A stretch of DNA of 32,000 bases. Source: Promethearchaeota archaeon (GTDB taxonomy: Archaea; Asgardarchaeota; Hermodarchaeia; Hermodarchaeales; Hermodarchaeaceae). A program made the position numbers and the translations under genes. Of the stretch, positions 26,445-32,000 are shown piece after piece. Under the pieces are notes generated by a model. The model saw nothing but the letters and a program-made list of their open reading frames with translations. It was not told where the DNA came from and did no database searches. Where the stretch lies: contig JBHLMI010000001.1 of assembly GCA_048938295.1 (NCBI GenBank), positions 149,449 through 181,448 on the forward strand, given 5' to 3'. Position 1 is the stretch's first letter. Each line of letters starts with the position of its first letter.

Positions 26445-27119
26445 ATGTCTGAAGAAGAAAGACAAGAAAAAGAAGAAGAAAGCGAAAAAGCTGAAAAACG
26501 AAGAGTAGCCAAACAACTAGCTACCTCTTTTCCAAAATTCCTAATCAACGGATTGATTGTGATCGCAGTCGGACTATTCTACATCTTTGCTGTCCCCTTA
26601 TTTGCCTTCTTAGACCTTTACCCCATTCTTGTGCTCCCCACAATTTGGTCATCAATCGGCACGGTTATCTTGACCGGCTATTCACTAATCCGGATAGGTG
26701 TCCTGCTCGTTATTTTGCTATTTGGAATTGAAGCCCTCATGCAATTTGCCCGCTCCGCTGACGCTTTTTCCGATTATATCATTAGTCGTCTACCAGGTAT
26801 GCGCTCCACCGACCGATACCACCCCCGACGCATCCCACTCGACATCATCTACATTTTCATGATTTTAGCTGTCTATGTAATCGTTTCACCCATCTTTGTC
26901 CCGGGGATGTTTCCCATCGATGTCCTCCAGCCCTACTTCCAAATCCTTGCCGTTTCCATTGTCTTGTTCTTTGTCCTAATGTTCATCTACGATTTAGCCA
27001 AATCCATTCAGAAATCCGCTAAACGGGGTATCGATCGATTTGGGGTACGACTAGCCCAACGTTACGAAGTTGTCGATGAAGAAGAGCCAGAAAAACCAGA
27101 CTCAGACTTTCGCTATTAG
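26445..27119 (+). CDS. Hypothetical membrane protein (about 4 TM helices, charged termini)
   Basis: SD GAGGT at 26431-26435 and four hydrophobic segments. Its stop overlaps the stop of the convergent gene (27116-27119). Confidence 0.75.
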   Translation: MSEEERQEKEEESEKAEKRRVAKQLATSFPKFLINGLIVIAVGLFYIFAVPLFAFLDLYPILVLPTIWSSIGTVILTGYSLIRIGVLLVILLFGIEALMQFARSADAFSDYIISRLPGMRSTDRYHPRRIPLDIIYIFMILAVYVIVSPIFVPGMFPIDVLQPYFQILAVSIVLFFVLMFIYDLAKSIQKSAKRGIDRFGVRLAQRYEVVDEEEPEKPDSDFRY

Positions 27120-28009
27120 CCTGTGGACTGAGCTGGTGCTTCAACTGGTGTAGCTGAACGCTTCCGACTTGCTTTCTTCGGTGCAGCCTCAGCAATCTCA
27201 GCCAGTATAATTGCCGTTTTCCGGAGCCCATCCAACCGCATTGCTCTCTCGGGTGGTGGGTCAAGCCCAATGAGAAACTGAGTATTCGAATTGAAGTTAT
27301 TAACACGAACAAATGACCAATACTCTCTCAGGGCGTTGAGTTGTGGTTCAACCTGTTCTGAATACGCTTCTTCTGAGAATTCAGGGAAATCAATCCGAAG
27401 ATACCAAGTATCTTGCATATCTTTGAGAATATCTGCAGATAGGTCATATAATTTCATGAGAAATGTGAGGAGCGGTTCAAGTGCTTCACGTCGAACAATA
27501 TCTCCATCCGGATCTAAACTGACCATGCTTCGCTTCAAATCCACGCTAAAGATACCTTTCCCCACACCAAAGTACCACCGGTTTTCAATGGCATACCCAA
27601 ACACAGTCTGTTTGGTTGTGGTTTCCAACCATTTTTTGAACACCTCAAAATTGGCTTCATCGTCGTCTTTTTTGAATTGCACATAGCGTCGAAAGTAGGA
27701 GAGTGGATATCTGGGTTCATGGGGGTGATCGCGTTTTGCCCCAGACTTCAAATAGGCTTCCAGTGCTCGAATACTCACCTGGTAACAAAAGGAAGGCAAC
27801 TCACTCGTTTTTGCTCCTAGTGCAATGAGCATATTAAGGAAGACACGATCGGGACAAAGTGGTTTGATAGTGCAGCGCATCCGGTCACGCTGACATTCTT
27901 TACAGGTACTTGCCATCCGGGTAAGGACCTGAGTAAGCATAAAGCGTCCCATGGTTGGGTTGCTAAGTTCTTCTAATTTATCAAAACGGTCTTGGTATTT
28001 CATGTACAT
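27116..28009 (-). CDS. Hypothetical protein with N-terminal Cys cluster (CxxC-x6-C-x5-C...C), putative metal-binding
   Basis: CKECQRDRMRCTIKPLCPDR...PSFCY, SD GGTGA upstream, low-complexity basic C-terminal tail. Confidence 0.75.
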   Translation of the reverse strand: MYMKYQDRFDKLEELSNPTMGRFMLTQVLTRMASTCKECQRDRMRCTIKPLCPDRVFLNMLIALGAKTSELPSFCYQVSIRALEAYLKSGAKRDHPHEPRYPLSYFRRYVQFKKDDDEANFEVFKKWLETTTKQTVFGYAIENRWYFGVGKGIFSVDLKRSMVSLDPDGDIVRREALEPLLTFLMKLYDLSADILKDMQDTWYLRIDFPEFSEEAYSEQVEPQLNALREYWSFVRVNNFNSNTQFLIGLDPPPERAMRLDGLRKTAIILAEIAEAAPKKASRKRSATPVEAPAQSTG

Positions 28010-28274
28010 GGTCTGTCACCCAACGCTACCCAGTAAAACGCGGCCTCCACTCGTCTTTCGAAGAAAACTCCGAGTAAACAGTCTTCACAAACGCTTAGAA
28101 GCTTCTAAACCTTTCGGTACTTAAACCCACGATTTTTTGATTTTCGAATACCACTTTAGTTTCCCTTGCATTCATCATTATTACATTTTCTTCGAGATGA
28201 GCAAAGCATAAAAGACTTGAGACTCTCCATCGAAGCGAATTTCGCTCAATTATTTAGTCTGGGTGTCTATTTTC

Positions 28275-28844
28275 ATGACCGAACAAATCATAGACCTTCG
28301 GTTTCATGGGCGTGGTGGTCAAGGCGCATGGACTGCCTCAATCCTTCTAGCCCGTGCAGCGATTGCAGAAGGTAAACATGCACAGTCATTCCCCTTTTTC
28401 GGACCGGAACGGAGCGGAGCACCTGTCGAAGCCTTTGCCCGGATAAGCAATGAAGAAATCGAACTACATAGCAAAGTGTATGAACCCAGCTATGTTGTAG
28501 TTATTGACCCTACTCTTCTTGCGCAAGTGCCAGATACCATTGTCGCTGGGACCAATGCACAAACAAAACTTATTGTGAATACTCGAGAAGATGCGAAAAC
28601 AATAGCTAAGAAACTTGAATTCAAAGGCGAAGTCTGGACACTCGCGGCTACTGATTTAGCGCGTGAACTGATTGGGCGACCTATCGCGAACACTGCCATG
28701 TTAGGCGCTTTGGTTCGGGCTACTAGTATTGTGAAACTTGAAAGCTTATTTGTAGAAGTCAATGAGCAGTTCGGTGAACGCATTGGTGAACGAAACATTG
28801 CTGTGATTAAACGCGCCTATGACGAGGTGGAGAAACATGCCTGA
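28275..28844 (+). CDS. porG: Pyruvate/2-ketoisovalerate:ferredoxin oxidoreductase gamma subunit
   Basis: [43 protein letters not shown]. Substrate not determinable. Confidence 0.92.
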   Translation: MTEQIIDLRFHGRGGQGAWTASILLARAAIAEGKHAQSFPFFGPERSGAPVEAFARISNEEIELHSKVYEPSYVVVIDPTLLAQVPDTIVAGTNAQTKLIVNTREDAKTIAKKLEFKGEVWTLAATDLARELIGRPIANTAMLGALVRATSIVKLESLFVEVNEQFGERIGERNIAVIKRAYDEVEKHA

Positions 28845-29109
28845 AAAACAGCCTGGTTCTAAAGATATACCTGCTGCAGGAGTCTGCTGGAAGTCTGCAA
28901 CAGAATACAAGACTGGCGATTGGCGTAGCAAACGCCCCGTCCGTGACAAGGAAAAATGTACTCGCTGTCTCACTTGTTGGGTTTTCTGCCCGGATGCTGC
29001 AATCAGCTGGGATGGAAATGACATTCACTTTGATATGAACTATTGCAAAGGCTGTGGCATCTGCGCTGAAGAGTGCCCAGTCAAATGCATCGAAATGGAG
29101 GATGAATAA
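28837..29109 (+). CDS. porD: 2-oxoacid:ferredoxin oxidoreductase delta subunit (2x[4Fe-4S])
   Basis: [36 protein letters not shown] 28837 overlaps the gamma stop. Confidence 0.93.
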   Translation: MPEKQPGSKDIPAAGVCWKSATEYKTGDWRSKRPVRDKEKCTRCLTCWVFCPDAAISWDGNDIHFDMNYCKGCGICAEECPVKCIEMEDE

Positions 29110-29114
29110 AACCG

Positions 29115-30341
29115 ATGCCTGTAAAACAGATCCTCATGGGAATAAATGGCGATGAGGCCGTTGCCTACGCCGCAAAACACGCTCTCGTCGACGTGTGCGC
29201 CGCCTATCCGATTACCCCCCAAACCATCATCGTTGAGAAATTCGCTGAGTTTGTGGCCAACGGTGAAGTCGAAACTGAATTCGTTCGTGTTGAATCCGAA
29301 CACAGTGCTCTCAGCGCCTGTCTCGGTGCCTCCGCTGCTGGCGCCCGCACCTTCACCGCAAGTGCAGCCAATGGCATTGAACTCATGCACGAAGTTATCT
29401 TCCTCACTTCATCCATCCGTCAACCTGTCGTCATGGCTGTCGCCGATCGCTCACCGAGTGGCCCTATCAATATTCACGGGGACCAAACTGTCTCCCTCGC
29501 CCAACGGGACACCGGCTGGATCATGATGTACTGCGAAAACTCCCAGGAAGCCTACGACTCCACTTTACAAGCCTTCCGCATCGGCGAACACCCAGACGTC
29601 CAACTCCCCGTCATGACCATGCTCGATGGCTTCGTCCTCACCCACACATTAGAAAACGTCTATCTCCTGGACGAAGCAGCTGCTCACAAATTCGTTGGAC
29701 GTCGCCAACCCATGATGATCACCATCAATGGAAAACAAGTCCCCCTCAAACTCGATCCCAAAACGCCAATCACCATCGGGCCCCTCCAACTCTTCGACTA
29801 CTACATGGAATCTAAGCTGCAACACAGCGAAGCCATGGAAAAAGCCCGTCCTGTCATCACCCAAATCAACAACGAATGGGCCCAACTCACTGGACGTAAA
29901 TACGGCGACGGTTACCTCCAACCCTTCAAAGTCAACGATGCAGATGCCGTCATCCTCACCACTGGAAGCTCTGCTGGAACCGCGCGCTTCGTCGCCCGCC
30001 AACTCCGTGCTCAAGGCAAGAAGGTGGGGCTCCTGAAACTGCGAACCTTCCGCCCCTTTCCCGACAAAAAAATCGCTCAAATCCTTGCCGACGTCCCTGT
30101 GGTAGGTATCTTTGAACGCACCCACACCACCGGTAGCTTTGGCGGTCCAGTCTTCAACGAGGTGCGCAGCGCCCTCTACAATCACGAAACCCGCCCCACT
30201 ATCCTTGGATATTATGGCGGACTCGGCGGGCGCGACGTCACCCCCGACCATTTCAACGCTATCTACAAAGAATTGCTCAAAATCAAGGACACGGGTAAAG
30301 TCCCCAGCCGTCCGATAAAATACATAACGGTCAGAAAATAA
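29115..30341 (+). CDS. porA: 2-oxoacid:ferredoxin oxidoreductase alpha subunit
   Basis: GDEAVA, AYPITPQT, VESEHSA, RTFTAS, PINIHGD, LRTFRPFP, GLGGRD. Confidence 0.95.
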   Translation: MPVKQILMGINGDEAVAYAAKHALVDVCAAYPITPQTIIVEKFAEFVANGEVETEFVRVESEHSALSACLGASAAGARTFTASAANGIELMHEVIFLTSSIRQPVVMAVADRSPSGPINIHGDQTVSLAQRDTGWIMMYCENSQEAYDSTLQAFRIGEHPDVQLPVMTMLDGFVLTHTLENVYLLDEAAAHKFVGRRQPMMITINGKQVPLKLDPKTPITIGPLQLFDYYMESKLQHSEAMEKARPVITQINNEWAQLTGRKYGDGYLQPFKVNDADAVILTTGSSAGTARFVARQLRAQGKKVGLLKLRTFRPFPDKKIAQILADVPVVGIFERTHTTGSFGGPVFNEVRSALYNHETRPTILGYYGGLGGRDVTPDHFNAIYKELLKIKDTGKVPSRPIKYITVRK

Positions 30342-30358
30342 CCAGGAGGAAAATCAAG

Positions 30359-31339
30359 ATGACCCAAGAAACCCCCCAATGGCAACCCAAACTCAAAGCC
30401 ATCGCTGAGCAACAAGAGCTCTTCACCAGTGGCCAACGCCTCTGCGCCGGCTGCCCCGCCGGCTCCATGGCCCGCATGGCCATGCATGCCCTCCCACGCC
30501 CCAACAACACAATCGTCAGCCAAGCCACCGGCTGCCTCGAAGTCGCCTCCACCATCTACCCCTACACCGCATGGCGCGTCCCCTGGATGCACTCCCTCTT
30601 CGAAAACGCCCCCGCAAACGCCAGCGGCGTCGAAGCTGCCTATAAAGCCCGCAAACGCCAAAACCTCGAAGATGACATCCCTGATTTGCTCGTGTTTAGC
30701 GGAGATGGCAGTGGATTCGACATTGGCGTCCAAGCTGCCAGTGGCGCTATCGAACGCCGACACAACTTCCTCTACATTATCTACGACAACGAGGCATACC
30801 AGAACACCGGCATCCAGCGCTCTGGTGCGACTCCTAAGTATGCTTGGACGACTACCAGCCAAGTGGGAAAGGTGGTGCCTGGAAAGCCGATTTGGAAGAA
30901 ACCCATTGCATTAGTGTATGCTGCTCATAATCCTGAATACTGTGCAACCGCATCAGTCTATCATTGGCGTGATTTTATGATGAAAGTGCGGAAGGGTATG
31001 GAGAAGCTGGGCCCTGCAATCATTCATGTACTAGCTCCATGTCATCGGAACTGGCGATATCCTGAAGAGCTCGGGATGAAGATGGCCAAGCTTGCAGTGG
31101 AGACGTGTTTCCATCCGTTGTGGGAGTATGATGGGACTACTCGTTCATATACTATGTCTTCGCCAAGTTTGCGGTATGTGAAGGATCCGTCGAAGAAGAA
31201 GCCGGTTGAGGAGTGGTTGGAGCCGCAGGGTCGGTTCCGTCATCTGTTTCGTCCGACGCGACGTGATGATTTGATTCAGGATTTCCAGAATCTCGTGGAT
31301 GAGGACTGGGACTATATCCAGAGACTCACGAAGATGTAA
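30359..31339 (+). CDS. porB: 2-oxoacid:ferredoxin oxidoreductase beta subunit (TPP-binding)
   Basis: CAGC, TGCLEV, FENA, GDG..DIG, YDNEAYQNTGIQRS, PC, GRFRHL. SD GGAGG upstream. Confidence 0.95.
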   Translation: MTQETPQWQPKLKAIAEQQELFTSGQRLCAGCPAGSMARMAMHALPRPNNTIVSQATGCLEVASTIYPYTAWRVPWMHSLFENAPANASGVEAAYKARKRQNLEDDIPDLLVFSGDGSGFDIGVQAASGAIERRHNFLYIIYDNEAYQNTGIQRSGATPKYAWTTTSQVGKVVPGKPIWKKPIALVYAAHNPEYCATASVYHWRDFMMKVRKGMEKLGPAIIHVLAPCHRNWRYPEELGMKMAKLAVETCFHPLWEYDGTTRSYTMSSPSLRYVKDPSKKKPVEEWLEPQGRFRHLFRPTRRDDLIQDFQNLVDEDWDYIQRLTKM

Positions 31340-31505
31340 TCTGTTCAGTTGATTCATCTTTGTTCACAAATAGGATGCTTGGTTATTCAATCAGTTAGCT
31401 ATGAATCGGCTATGAGTGGATTTATCTTTAAGCTCGAGAAGACCCCGACCTTCAGGGCGGAGATGAATCGAGACCTTCAAATAGTCTACTGGGAAAGAGA
31501 GATAC

Positions 31506-31838
31506 ATGCGGCGAACCGCATCGGTGACAGTTCATGGCTTCTCTTTGGATGGGACACTGAATCAGACATGGAATTTTGTGAACTCGCAATATCCTGGCTT
31601 CCAGAACTTCGGATTTGATACTCCCGGCGATACGGTAGTTGAGGTCATTCGTGAAATAGAGGATACTACCTTTCGGTGTTGGATAATCACGAGTCATCGA
31701 CCGGTGGAAGTCGTTCTGAATCCGGCTGGAGCCTATGCTCCGTTCGCCACCCTGTTTCTGGTATCCGGGGTCGTAATCTTTTCCTTTGGGCTATTTTTCC
31801 TGACGAAAGGATTCAGAGTTGTTCCCAAAGATTACTAG
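31506..31838 (+). CDS. Possible small membrane-anchored hypothetical protein or truncated remnant
   Basis: 110 aa ORF with a clear C-terminal TM helix (PFATLFLVSGVVIFSFGLFFL). No signal peptide, in-frame stops just upstream. Confidence 0.4.
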   Translation: MRRTASVTVHGFSLDGTLNQTWNFVNSQYPGFQNFGFDTPGDTVVEVIREIEDTTFRCWIITSHRPVEVVLNPAGAYAPFATLFLVSGVVIFSFGLFFLTKGFRVVPKDY

Positions 31839-32000
31839 CCACTTCTTTTTTCAATCTTAGTAAGTGCTGGTATTGCCACTCTCGTTCTGTAGCAACAGCT
31901 GCGTGTGCATTAGTTACGTTTGTGGCTCTATGAATCGCTTGTAAGGCATATATTGCCGAACCGATAGAATGGGTTGAGACATGTGCGGTTGCCACAGCTT
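31813..32000 (-). CDS. C-terminal part of an Imm5-like (putative immunity) protein, truncated by the window edge
   Basis: Frame is open to the edge. AVATAHVSTHSIGSAIYALQAIHRA...AVATEREWQYQHL matches the Imm5-like C-terminus as I recall it. Confidence 0.7.
   Translation of the reverse strand, partial: AVATAHVSTHSIGSAIYALQAIHRATNVTNAHAAVATEREWQYQHLLRLKKEVASNLWEQL

Noticed and set aside
29649-30914. Long alternative-frame and antisense ORFs over porA/porB (29649-30251 -, 30263-30862 -, 30429-30914 +)
   Set aside because: These are shadows of the extreme C-ending codon bias, which removes stops from other frames. They are low-complexity and have no motifs.
21613-31339. Selenocysteine or pyrrolysine read-through in redox genes
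   Set aside because: msrA, the Fe-S proteins and the oxidoreductase subunits are full length with Cys at catalytic positions. No in-frame TGA/TAG splits a recognisable domain.
31349-31618. 89-aa + strand ORF
   Set aside because: It overlaps the more protein-like 31506-31838 ORF in another frame, has no SD and no recognisable motif.
1-32000. CRISPR arrays, IS/transposases, integrases, rRNA, tandem repeats
   Set aside because: I saw no regularly spaced repeats, terminal inverted repeats, recombinase motifs or rRNA signatures, and no duplicate of the tRNA 3' end (att site) within the window.

Overview
Gene-dense archaeal chromosomal window. The archaeal call rests on a proteasome alpha subunit, FBP aldolase/phosphatase, a four-subunit gamma-delta-alpha-beta 2-oxoacid:ferredoxin oxidoreductase and GGTGA/GGAGG ribosome-binding sites. 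The large FtsX permeases and the Cys-motif hypothetical protein resemble Asgard proteins as I remember them, so an Asgard host is an unverified inference. In order, the window holds: two tandem ABC ATPase + fused double-FtsX permease pairs, the second ATPase carrying AbrB-like and zinc-ribbon tails; a MenA-like prenyltransferase and a radical SAM/SPASM enzyme; a TIGR04076-like protein and an ABC-2 exporter on the minus strand; a 2-hydroxyacyl-CoA dehydratase (beta, alpha, activase) with a gamma-carbonic-anhydrase-like protein; fbp; tRNA-Arg(UCG) head-to-head with argS; GNAT-like and DUF362-like proteins; msrA; a COG2403 P-loop protein that is probably arginine synthetase ArcE; a ~450 bp hairpin-rich intergenic region; a stand-alone proteasome alpha gene; a NYN protein; three unknown proteins; the oxidoreductase operon; and a partial Imm5-like gene at the right edge. 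I found no CRISPR array, rRNA or mobile element. The most unusual signals are an abrupt flip of synonymous-codon strand bias in the middle of porB, the structured intergenic element with a sequestered-SD small ORF, the prenyltransferase/radical SAM pair attached to the FtsX exporters, and the probable ArcE. All calls come from motif recognition by eye and hand counts; no searches were run.
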